Counted from the stretch's first letter, positions 9,944-18,437 are shown. The stretch: DNA of 20,000 bases from an uncultured virus (IMG/VR IMGVR_UViG_3300008262_000226) (IMGVR_UViG_3300008262_000226:106474-126473); one strand, 5' to 3'. A program made the numbers and translations. The notes: generated from the letters alone by a model not told the origin.

Positions 9944-11668
9944 ATGGCAACATACACAACAAATCAAACCGTAACAATACCAGCAAACGCAGCAAATGTT
10001 AGAGTTCAAGTTGCTGGAGCTCGCGGTGGTAATGGTGGAAATGACGGAAATCCTGGAGGAACTGGTGGTAATGGTAGAAGAGGAACTTTTTATCTATCCG
10101 ATTTTACTGCTAGAACATTAACATTAAATATTGGTCAATCTGGTGGTAACGGATTTGGGTGTGTTTCTAATAGTGGATCTGGTGGTGGAGGATCTGGAGT
10201 TGCTAGTGGTGGTAATGGTGGTCTTACTGGTCCTCAAGGATGCTCTGGTGGTGGTGGCGGCGGCGGCGGTGCTACTGGAGTATATGATTCTGTTGCTAGT
10301 GGTTGGATAATTGTCGCGGCTGGGGGTGGCGGAGCGGGTGGAGCTAGTTATCCTGATAGTTTTTTACGTGGTGGTGATGGTGGTTTTGGATTGGGTTTCC
10401 TTACTGGTGATGTAAATAGCATATCTAGAGGTGGTAATGGATCATCGCAAGGATTTGATGGGGGAGGTGGAGGTGGTGGTGGTGGTGGATGCCCAGGAGG
10501 CGGCGGTGGTAGAGAAGGAGCTGATGATAGAGCAGGTAGATATCCATCTGGAGGTGGTAGTGGAGGTGCCAGTTCATATAATTCTAGTTATGCTACTTTG
10601 AGTGGATCTGGCGATACTCATAATGGAAGTGGTTATGTAGATATTACTTACGATTTAATTAGCCCTAGTGCCACTAGTTTTACTGCTACTCCTTCTTCAA
10701 TTATACGAGGTCAATCTACTAGATTGGAGTGGACTACAACTAATACAGTTAGTGCATCAATTAATAATGGCGTTGGTAATGTAACGGTTCCTAATAGTTT
10801 TGTTGATGTGTATCCCACTCAAACTACAACATATGTTCTTAATTTAGTTGGATATGGTAATGCAACTGGATCTGCTCAAGTTACGATTACTGTATATCAA
10901 CCACCTATTTTAACTTTCACATTAGATAGAAATCCAATAGCCGCAGGAGAATCTACTACACTTAGATGGTCAACTACTGGAGACGCAAGCACAATTACAT
11001 GGACTTCTGGTGGTATTACTAATGGCAACTTGAATAGTAATGCCATAGTTTCTCCTTCAGAAAGCACAACATATTCAGCAGTTGTTTCTGGATTGGGTGG
11101 TAGTGATAGTGATAGTATTAGATTAACAGTATATCAAAGACCAACAGTTTCATTGACTGTTCCTGCAAGTATAAATTATGGTCAACAAGGAACAATATCT
11201 TATAGTAGTTCATATTCTAATACGAGTTTAATATTGCAACCTGTTTATACTTACGGAAGAGGAGTTGGAACAATTAACGGAACTGCAATAACTTTAACAA
11301 AACCAACTTCTGCTGAAAGTGGTGTTGGTATAACTACTGTTAATGGAACAATAACAACAGAAATACCATATAATACTACTGGTCCTTTTTCTGTTTCTTA
11401 TACTCTTACTGGTGTTGGTGGTGGTGGAGAAGCTTCCACTACTTCAGAAATACAAATTATAGTGGATGAAACACCCGAAAATATTAATCTACCAGAAACT
11501 GAAAATGTTTATAAATTGCAAGAACCAATTAATACACCAGATTATACTGTAACATCAAATTATCTTGCAGTTGATGGTGTTGACATTCCAGTTGAAGTAA
11601 GATCAAATAGACCTATTAAGGTAGATAGAAATCAGCAACAGGATTGGCAAGATATAAGACAACTATAA
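9944..11668 (+). CDS. Putative adhesin / tail-tip protein C (ALK/LTK- or gp38-like glycine-rich head, Ig/PKD-like repeats, conserved C-terminal module), 574 aa
   Basis: VAGARGGNG...IGQSGG...GGGGGGGGATG...IIVAAGGGGAG...GGGGGGGGG..GG.GG pattern of polyglycine-II sandwich domains. Ig-like repeats. C-terminus DETPEN...WQDIRQL. Confidence 0.7.
   Translation: MATYTTNQTVTIPANAANVRVQVAGARGGNGGNDGNPGGTGGNGRRGTFYLSDFTARTLTLNIGQSGGNGFGCVSNSGSGGGGSGVASGGNGGLTGPQGCSGGGGGGGGATGVYDSVASGWIIVAAGGGGAGGASYPDSFLRGGDGGFGLGFLTGDVNSISRGGNGSSQGFDGGGGGGGGGGCPGGGGGREGADDRAGRYPSGGGSGGASSYNSSYATLSGSGDTHNGSGYVDITYDLISPSATSFTATPSSIIRGQSTRLEWTTTNTVSASINNGVGNVTVPNSFVDVYPTQTTTYVLNLVGYGNATGSAQVTITVYQPPILTFTLDRNPIAAGESTTLRWSTTGDASTITWTSGGITNGNLNSNAIVSPSESTTYSAVVSGLGGSDSDSIRLTVYQRPTVSLTVPASINYGQQGTISYSSSYSNTSLILQPVYTYGRGVGTINGTAITLTKPTSAESGVGITTVNGTITTEIPYNTTGPFSVSYTLTGVGGGGEASTTSEIQIIVDETPENINLPETENVYKLQEPINTPDYTVTSNYLAVDGVDIPVEVRSNRPIKVDRNQQQDWQDIRQL
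10940..11163 (+). repeat. Dispersed direct repeat copy 2 (in protein C gene)
   Basis: Partner of 9208-9431. The 44-bp segment between the two blocks is clearly diverged. Confidence 0.95.
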
Positions 11669-11671
11669 ATA
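11664..11671 (+). promoter_or_regulatory. T4-type late promoter (gp55 sigma) TATAAATA
   Basis: Exact TATAAATA overlapping the stop codon of the 574-aa ORF, 31 bp before ATG11703, at the longest intergenic gap in the structural block. Confidence 0.75.
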
Positions 11672-11702
11672 ACATGGGAACTCATAACTAGACTGAACGA
11701 GG

Positions 11703-14627
11703 ATGCCATATCAATATTCTACAACACCGCTATACGTTGCTGAGGGTGATATTCTTCAGTTTAGATATCAAGCACCTCCTTTTTGGGATTATACCGAAAC
11801 AATTACTATTCAGATTGGTGGATTAACAACATACTGGTATGTTACTACAGTTCCAGAAGATTTTAGACCAGATCCTTTTCCTTTAAATGAAGTTAATGAT
11901 GCTTTGTTGGATACATATTATTATTTTGATCCAGTAGTATTCCAAGCAACAACTGGCAATTCAAATACTGTAACTGGATTAACTCCAACAACACAAGCTT
12001 CTGTTAGTTTGACTTCTAATTTTATCGGAACCGTTACTGATTATTCTTTGAGAATAAATGATGGAGCATGGTTTATTCCAGGATCTTCGACAACTGTTCA
12101 AAATGGAGATAAAATTGCTTTACGATTAAAATCTGGTGCTGGGAACCAAGAACTTAGAGAATTAGTTCTTGGTATTGGAACTGGGTATGAAACGTGGAGA
12201 GTAACTACTATAGCTATACCAAGAAATGAACCTATTCCATTTCCAAATTTTACAGATCTTACTGCTCAGTCATTAAACAAAGTAATTTATAGTAATGTTC
12301 TTCGTATTCAGGGATTGTTGAGACCAGCTGCTGTTCAAGTAGATAACGGCGCTTCATTTGCAATATCTAGCACAAATACAACAACTACAAATGCAGATGG
12401 ATTTGATGTATTAGATGGAGTAACGTTTGGAACTACAGGAACAATTTCAAACGGTCAATATTTGCAACTTAGAATGACCAGCCCAAGCACAGAGTTTACT
12501 TCTAAAACTACTGTTTTGGGGATTGGTGATATCACTAGTGGTTCTGATTGGGTTATCACAACAGGTCAAAGCTTATCAACTACTCCAACTAGTTTTACAT
12601 TTCCTGATATTAGTGGAGCAATTGAAAATTTCCTTCAACCATCTGCTGCTAGACCTGTTGGGGGAATAACTGGATTGGGAACTGGAATTAGTGTTCCTGT
12701 GGAATTAGTTTCAACTACTGCTTCTGAGGTTAAAGTTAAAATTAATAATTCTTCGATTGGTGTATTTCCTGCTACCGTTTCAAACGGAGACACAATAACT
12801 TTATATGCTAGATCTTCTTCTACTTTTGGGGCAAGTGTTGAGGTTAATGTGAAAGTTGGTGGAACTACGATTCCTACATGGAGAGTTCAAACAAATACAG
12901 GACCAGACACAACAGCAGATTTTACTCCACCAACAAATAAAACAAACCAAGTTCCAGGAACTTATGTATCTAGTTCGGTAGTTAGCATTACTGGAATTAA
13001 TAGGTCAATAACAATTAGTGCTACAAATAATGCATTAATTTCAATCGATTATGATACTGCAGTTGCTGGACCCAGAACATTTGATCCTACTGTAAATACT
13101 TCATTTTATTTGGTGTTACAATCTTCTTCTTCATTAAATACTACTGTTTCTACGAGTGTGACAGTAGGAACAGGAACTACAAATAATCCATTTACGTGGT
13201 CAGTTGGAACTTATGCAGTTGCACCTCCAGCACCTAGTTACGTTGGATCTTGGTATAGCAAAAAGAATGAGAAAGTAATTAGAAATGGATCAGGAACAAT
13301 CACTTCTATCCAGAAAACAAAATATGATGGATATTCAGTGGGAACTATTTTACCAATCTTGAAAGAAAGCACAGCTGCTGGTTATGGAACTTTAACCGCT
13401 GGAAGTCTTACTGCTAGATTCCCAGGATATTTACTTTGTGATGGATCTTCGTATAATGTAGCAGATTATCCAGTATTGTGGGAAGTAATTGGTAATACAT
13501 ATGGTGGAACTGGATCATATAATACTACAACAAAAGCATATAGTGGAACATTCAATGTTCCTGATTATAGAAATGTTAGAATGTGTGGAACTGGATTGAT
13601 AGATGGTAACAAAGGATCTTCGGCATTCTTGCCAGTTGATGGTGGTAGTGTCTTTAGTGTTGGATCAACGGGGGGATTTTGGTTTGTTGATAGTGTTGGT
13701 GTTGCTGGTCCTCTTCCATACGAACAAGTCGAAGCATCTTCAAACACTGCTACTACAGGAACTACCAGCCCATTCTTTACTTTGGGAACAGTAAAAACTA
13801 CTGGTGCTAACTTAGTTACAGCAGAAGTAAGTTTTACTACAATAGGAACTATTACTGCTCAGGTCGGACCAGTTTCTAGTGTCACTACTTCTGCTCCTTC
13901 GCATAGTCATACATATCTCAGTGCTGTGGTTGATGGTGATAGAGGAGATCCACTAATTCCTTGGGGAGCTAGAGCATTATTTGGAACTACTGCTGGTCCC
14001 ATTGATACTGGAAATGATTACGCGGGAGAATTTCCAGATGAATCTGAAGCAACCAATGCTCCTGGTGTTTGGCGACAGTTCCTCACTGGAAGATTTCCAA
14101 ATTTGGCAGCTGAATTGACTGCTGCTGGAACTTCTATTGGTGAATTGACAGGTCAGTTGACACGAGAAGGTGACACAAGAATTCAATACGAAAATCTATG
14201 GCCCAGTAATCTCACTGGATTAGATACAAGCAAATTAATTACTCTGAATACTACTGGAAATCGTGAAGTTGCTGGTGTTATTGATACAAATGCGACGACT
14301 TTTAGAATAGATGATTTTGTTTCTACATCTGGTTCGACGGAAACACACTCTCATTATATTACAACATCCATAGTTACCAATCCATTAACTGATTATTCTT
14401 ATGGAAATTCTTCTGGTTCTGGAACCAAGAATGGTTTGGGTGATGCTGCAAATACTTTAAGTATTTCTTTCAATGCATCTGAAACAGGAATAGGCGTTAA
14501 TGAAGGAACTTTTACAATGAATTCTACCATAAAAAATCCAGTTCCAGAAGTTGCTTTATCTCCAAATAGAACAGTTCCTATTTTAGCACCATTCCACAAA
14601 GTTAGATATATAATTAAAGCATACTGA
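11703..14627 (+). CDS. Tail fibre / baseplate-associated protein: N-terminal half-repeat + four ~110-aa Ig-like repeats + tail-collar domain, 974 aa
   Basis: Repeats end in WYVTT, WRVTT, WVITT, WRVQT and WSVGT, most with a 'V.NGD.I.L' motif. Collar motif VGTILP...FPGYLLCDGSSYNVADYPVLWEVIGNTYGG...FNVPDYR. HxH motifs SHSH and THSH. C-terminal PFHKVRYIIKAY. Confidence 0.8.
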   Translation: MPYQYSTTPLYVAEGDILQFRYQAPPFWDYTETITIQIGGLTTYWYVTTVPEDFRPDPFPLNEVNDALLDTYYYFDPVVFQATTGNSNTVTGLTPTTQASVSLTSNFIGTVTDYSLRINDGAWFIPGSSTTVQNGDKIALRLKSGAGNQELRELVLGIGTGYETWRVTTIAIPRNEPIPFPNFTDLTAQSLNKVIYSNVLRIQGLLRPAAVQVDNGASFAISSTNTTTTNADGFDVLDGVTFGTTGTISNGQYLQLRMTSPSTEFTSKTTVLGIGDITSGSDWVITTGQSLSTTPTSFTFPDISGAIENFLQPSAARPVGGITGLGTGISVPVELVSTTASEVKVKINNSSIGVFPATVSNGDTITLYARSSSTFGASVEVNVKVGGTTIPTWRVQTNTGPDTTADFTPPTNKTNQVPGTYVSSSVVSITGINRSITISATNNALISIDYDTAVAGPRTFDPTVNTSFYLVLQSSSSLNTTVSTSVTVGTGTTNNPFTWSVGTYAVAPPAPSYVGSWYSKKNEKVIRNGSGTITSIQKTKYDGYSVGTILPILKESTAAGYGTLTAGSLTARFPGYLLCDGSSYNVADYPVLWEVIGNTYGGTGSYNTTTKAYSGTFNVPDYRNVRMCGTGLIDGNKGSSAFLPVDGGSVFSVGSTGGFWFVDSVGVAGPLPYEQVEASSNTATTGTTSPFFTLGTVKTTGANLVTAEVSFTTIGTITAQVGPVSSVTTSAPSHSHTYLSAVVDGDRGDPLIPWGARALFGTTAGPIDTGNDYAGEFPDESEATNAPGVWRQFLTGRFPNLAAELTAAGTSIGELTGQLTREGDTRIQYENLWPSNLTGLDTSKLITLNTTGNREVAGVIDTNATTFRIDDFVSTSGSTETHSHYITTSIVTNPLTDYSYGNSSGSGTKNGLGDAANTLSISFNASETGIGVNEGTFTMNSTIKNPVPEVALSPNRTVPILAPFHKVRYIIKAY

Positions 14628-14634
14628 TTAATTT

Positions 14635-15294
14635 ATGACAATACAACCATATAGACCACTTGAGTTGATGCGAAATGATGCATTTACTAAATCTTCCTTT
14701 GATGATTTCATTGGAGTGTGGGAAGATTTTGTTCCGACATCATTTTGTGAAGAACTTATTCAGTATTTCGAAGATACGAGATCTTTGAATAGTAGTATTG
14801 CTCCAGGTGATTTGGAATCTGACTATCAAGAATTTGTTAGAGGTGAAGATCAGTATCAAGGAGCATTACATAGGAAAGATGTTTCTATGTTATTGAACTA
14901 CCATCAACAAGAATTGTCTTATAAAGTGCATCAATTTTTAACATCTTGTGTATTGCATTACATTGTTGAGTATGATCAACTTAGGAAAGTTCCTATGTTT
15001 TCCACTGATATAAAATTTCAAAAAACTTCCCCTGGCGGCGGGTATCATTTATGGCACTATGAAAATTCTGCAGCATCACATGCTCAGAGAGAATTAACAT
15101 GGATGATTTATTTAAATGATATTCCAGATGGAGAAGGAGAGACAGAATTTTTATATCAAAGAAGAAGAATTAAACCAAAGCAAGGAACTGTTGTTATATG
15201 GCCTGCTGGTATGACTCATGTTCATAAAGGAAATACAGTTCTAACAACAGATAAATACATATTAACAGGATGGTATATTAAATCAGGAAAATAA
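14635..15294 (+). CDS. 2OG-Fe(II) dioxygenase (prolyl-4-hydroxylase-like), 219 aa
   Basis: QKTSPGGGYHLWHYE (HxE), RELTWMIYLND...GEGETEF, IWPAGMTHVHKGN (distal His), KYILTGW. Family is common in cyanomyophages. Confidence 0.9.
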   Translation: MTIQPYRPLELMRNDAFTKSSFDDFIGVWEDFVPTSFCEELIQYFEDTRSLNSSIAPGDLESDYQEFVRGEDQYQGALHRKDVSMLLNYHQQELSYKVHQFLTSCVLHYIVEYDQLRKVPMFSTDIKFQKTSPGGGYHLWHYENSAASHAQRELTWMIYLNDIPDGEGETEFLYQRRRIKPKQGTVVIWPAGMTHVHKGNTVLTTDKYILTGWYIKSGK

Positions 15295-15297
15295 ATC

Positions 15298-16197
15298 ATG
15301 CCATATCAACCAATTTTTAGAACAGCTATAGTTGAGGCTGATTTCTTAAATAAAATTCTGATTACAACACCAACATTTGTTGAGGCGGGAGAAAAGATTC
15401 CTCTCAATAGAGTAAATATATCAGAAGAAATTTGTGAAAGATTTTTAAATGAACAAGTAGATTCATATTGGCACTCTGAAAAAGATAAATTAGAATATTT
15501 TGTTGCATATAATGATGGAACTTACTATTGTCAAAGAAAAAGAGTAAGGTATGATTTCGAAACAAAAACAAATTATTGGTCAACATATAATTTTAATGGA
15601 GCCTCTAAAGATCAAATAGAAGCATTAACAAATAAAATTCTTGATCTTACCGCTGCTCTTAGGGAATATAAAATTGCTGAGTATGAGGGTGTTCTTGAAA
15701 AGATTGATCAAGAGTTTATTTTCTTTGATCAAAGATGGTTGAAGAAATTCAGAGAAAAACAAATGATGTTATCTGCTTCTGATTGGAGAGTTCTTCCTGA
15801 TGTTGAGGATTCATATCCAGGCGAAAAGGATATGTGGATAAAGTGGCGTTCTACGATGAGATCGGAGACTGTAAAGAAACCTCAGGAATTTGAAACGAAT
15901 TTAGAATTTTTAAAATATTTGTATGACCATAAGTGGCCAATAGATCCAAAAAGATATAAAGAAAAATATCCAGATTCTGATGTTGAATACCTTTCTACTG
16001 AAGATCAATGGGTTAGTTATGATAGTGAAGCATCTACTGATTTTGTTGATTCTAGACTTGTCAATATTCTCAGTTCCAGTGGTGTTTATAGAGAAAAAAT
16101 TGTTGATATTAAACGATCTGTATTCGAACTTATTAAAGATCTTAGACTGGAAGACTTCACAGAAATTAATTACGATCAATATAATATTATAGAATGA
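15298..16197 (+). CDS. Conserved phage protein with tail-assembly-chaperone-like motif, 299 aa
   Basis: MMLSASDWRVLPDV...MWIKWRSTMR...WPIDP resembles the 'LL..SDW..LPD....W..YR..LR...WP..P' signature of Phage_tail_APC-type chaperones. Confidence 0.6.
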   Translation: MPYQPIFRTAIVEADFLNKILITTPTFVEAGEKIPLNRVNISEEICERFLNEQVDSYWHSEKDKLEYFVAYNDGTYYCQRKRVRYDFETKTNYWSTYNFNGASKDQIEALTNKILDLTAALREYKIAEYEGVLEKIDQEFIFFDQRWLKKFREKQMMLSASDWRVLPDVEDSYPGEKDMWIKWRSTMRSETVKKPQEFETNLEFLKYLYDHKWPIDPKRYKEKYPDSDVEYLSTEDQWVSYDSEASTDFVDSRLVNILSSSGVYREKIVDIKRSVFELIKDLRLEDFTEINYDQYNIIE

Positions 16198-16673
16198 TAC
16201 ATGAAATTGATTTACTAAATGATGATCAACTTCAATATATTAATGATTATTTTAACTATCTGACATTTAAAGATGGAAAAATTAGCAATCCTGGTATTTT
16301 GAAAGTATGTGAAACTGTTTTTGATGGTCCAGGTATTGCAGAACTTAATGATTATTGTCAGCAAATTATTTTAAATACAAATTTACCATTTTTGGTATCT
16401 AGAATATCACAAATTTATTTTGTAAAATATAGCGTTGGTGGTCAATATAAAGATCACTATGATTCTAATCCTTGTGGTGGAGTTAGACCAGATTACAGTA
16501 TGACTTGTTTTTTGAGTGATGATTATGATGGTGGTGAATTAGTTATAGAAAATGAAAAATCTGTAAAATTGAAAAGGGGCAAAGCAGTAGTATATCCAGG
16601 CAATTTACTTCATAGAGTAAATAAAGTAATGTCTGGAAGACGAGATGTTTTTATATGTTGGATTGAAATATGA
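16194..16673 (+). CDS. PKHD-type (PiuC/YbiX-like) 2OG-Fe(II) hydroxylase, 159 aa
   Basis: FKDGK near the N-terminus. YSVGGQYKDHYD (HxD), DYSMTCFLSDDYDGGELVI, VKLKRGKAVVYP..LLHRV.KV.SGRR.V.I.W. ATGA overlap with the upstream gene. Confidence 0.85.
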   Translation: MIHEIDLLNDDQLQYINDYFNYLTFKDGKISNPGILKVCETVFDGPGIAELNDYCQQIILNTNLPFLVSRISQIYFVKYSVGGQYKDHYDSNPCGGVRPDYSMTCFLSDDYDGGELVIENEKSVKLKRGKAVVYPGNLLHRVNKVMSGRRDVFICWIEI

Positions 16674-17188
16674 CTGAAATACTGTGTTATGATAATTTTT
16701 TTGAACAAAATGAATTCAAAAAAATACTTGAATATGTGGGCAGACCTTGTTGGGGATTTGGTCATGGAACATTTGATGAATCACATCCTCAATATAAGAA
16801 TAGCATTCCTTTTTGGGGTATGAATTTAGATGGAGAAGAGTATTTTACTAATTTTCTTCTAAATAAGATACAGGATAAAACTCAAACGAGATTTAAACTG
16901 CTGACAGTGTATGCTAATGGGCATACTTTTGGAACAAAAGGATCGTTTCACCAAGATTGGTATGACTATAGTGGGAGAACATTTCTTTTATATGCAAATA
17001 CTGATTGGAATGTAGAATGGGGTGGAAACACGGTTTTTGATTTGGGAAACGAAGAATATCAATTCTCTGTTCCTAAACCAAATACTGCTCTTTTATTCCC
17101 TGGTGTTATACCACATTATGCAGATGCCACTACCAGATTGTATACTGGTTTAAGAATAACAATAGCTTGGAAGTTACTTTTGGAGTAA
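16670..17188 (+). CDS. 2OG-Fe(II) dioxygenase, 172 aa
   Basis: YANGHTFGTKGSFHQD (HxD), TFLLYAN..W.VEWGG.T.F, PKPN.ALLFPG.IPHYA, RITIAWKL. ATGA overlap with the upstream gene. Confidence 0.85.
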   Translation: MTEILCYDNFFEQNEFKKILEYVGRPCWGFGHGTFDESHPQYKNSIPFWGMNLDGEEYFTNFLLNKIQDKTQTRFKLLTVYANGHTFGTKGSFHQDWYDYSGRTFLLYANTDWNVEWGGNTVFDLGNEEYQFSVPKPNTALLFPGVIPHYADATTRLYTGLRITIAWKLLLE

Positions 17189-17189
17189 A

Positions 17190-17531
17190 ATGAAACAGGA
17201 TTACGAAGTATTATACTTTCAAAATTTCATAGAAGAATCTGTAAAATCTTTAGGTAAACCTGCAATTTACCTCAGATCTTATGGGTGGAACAACAGCACA
17301 GACATTCAGAAAATCAATGATTCAATGGATGTTTATAGATCCATGCTTCCAGTTGACATGTTTAATGCACTTCATGATTCTGAATTTGTTTTTCTTTTAC
17401 TAGAAGATATGGAGGAAGCAATTCAATTTTGTGAAGATACATTTCCAAAAGATCAAGCAAGTTGTGAGAAAGAATTTTATATTCATTGCTCGATAATCAA
17501 CGAGCAGGGTCAAACGATATATTCAAATTAA
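17190..17531 (+). CDS. Hypothetical acidic protein, 113 aa
   Basis: Clean ORF, 1 bp from both neighbours. No motif recognised. Confidence 0.7.
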   Translation: MKQDYEVLYFQNFIEESVKSLGKPAIYLRSYGWNNSTDIQKINDSMDVYRSMLPVDMFNALHDSEFVFLLLEDMEEAIQFCEDTFPKDQASCEKEFYIHCSIINEQGQTIYSN

Positions 17532-17532
17532 T

Positions 17533-18411
17533 ATGTTTTCAGCAGAATTCACTACTTTTCACAAGTATAATTTGAGAACAAAAGAGAAAGTATCTACGGT
17601 TTCTATTATGCCGTATGATTACACTTCTTTGTATGACCCTCAGTATCTACCAGAATTGTCTGAAAAATCTTTTGATGTATTGAAGTCTTATTGTGCATAT
17701 AGATTTCTTCATACAGCCTATCCTTTGTATGATGATGCAAAATTAGTTAAAATTGAACACTGTGATGATAATATATTAAAATATGAAATAGTAAATTCTT
17801 TTCCTTACCATTTAATTTATACTGATACTAGAAATTGGAATCATTTTGTTTCTAGTATTCAGTGTGAAGAAATGAGATCATGTAAAAAATACATTGACAG
17901 AATGACTGACATAACTGATATTGGTGTCACTTATTTAACATCGGTAGAATATGATGAAAATTGTAATTTTTCTTATGTGAATATATTTGATTCTGATTAC
18001 AATTTAGTCGGATACGATGATAATATATCACTTCATTCGATGAATAATTATTGCAAATCTTTTGGTGGAACTAACTTGAAACCAGTGGGAGTGATTGGTT
18101 TTTCTCCATCTGGTAATATAAAATTTAATCTTAAACTTAATTACTATGATGGTGTCTATAGGTATGAAAAACTGTCACCCCTTCCTTCTAAAATAGAAAA
18201 TACTAGTAAGTCTTCGCAAAGAGAACAACAAATCAGTCAAATGGTTGCACATGGATTATTGGAACCAGAAGATCTTGATTTTATAGATTCTATTTCTACG
18301 GATGAAACACGCTGCGATTTCGAATATTTCCTGAACGAAGATGGTTCTATAAAAGAAATTTATGTATACAACTGCGTTGTATATGAATTTAAAAACCTTT
18401 TGGGGGCTTGA
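17533..18411 (+). CDS. Hypothetical protein, 292 aa (Tyr/Asn/Cys-rich, very AT-rich)
   Basis: Long ORF coupled to the upstream gene. No motif recognised. Confidence 0.7.
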   Translation: MFSAEFTTFHKYNLRTKEKVSTVSIMPYDYTSLYDPQYLPELSEKSFDVLKSYCAYRFLHTAYPLYDDAKLVKIEHCDDNILKYEIVNSFPYHLIYTDTRNWNHFVSSIQCEEMRSCKKYIDRMTDITDIGVTYLTSVEYDENCNFSYVNIFDSDYNLVGYDDNISLHSMNNYCKSFGGTNLKPVGVIGFSPSGNIKFNLKLNYYDGVYRYEKLSPLPSKIENTSKSSQREQQISQMVAHGLLEPEDLDFIDSISTDETRCDFEYFLNEDGSIKEIYVYNCVVYEFKNLLGA

Positions 18412-18437
18412 CAAGCGGTTGACATCCGTGCTACAGT
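18408..18437 (+). promoter_or_regulatory. Sigma70-like phage early promoter
   Basis: TTGACA (18408-18413), 18-bp spacer, extended -10 TGcTACAGT (TACAGT 18432-18437), 24 bp upstream of ATG18462. Coincides with a shift in codon usage/GC. Confidence 0.7.

Noticed and set aside
10248..10510. (GGT/GGC)n runs as phase-variable microsatellites
   Set aside because: In-frame mixed-codon polyglycine tracts, explained by the glycine-rich domain. Slippage would not shift the frame.
9208..11163. Diversity-generating retroelement TR/VR pair
   Set aside because: Both copies are inside coding stalk regions, the blocks are essentially identical rather than showing adenine-specific mismatches, and no reverse transcriptase is in the window.
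11641..11703. Programmed read-through or frameshift fusing protein C to the 974-aa protein; mini-ORF MGTHN at 11674-11691
   Set aside because: Different frames, no slippery site or hairpin recognised, and a late promoter occupies the gap. The 5-codon ORF has no supporting evidence.
15250..15257. GATAAATA as a second late promoter upstream of the 299-aa ORF
   Set aside because: One mismatch to TATAAATA, lies inside coding sequence for a conserved D-K-Y motif, and is likely by chance in AT-rich DNA.
18391..18407. Rho-independent terminator at the end of the late block
   Set aside because: Only a very weak stem with no downstream U-tract.
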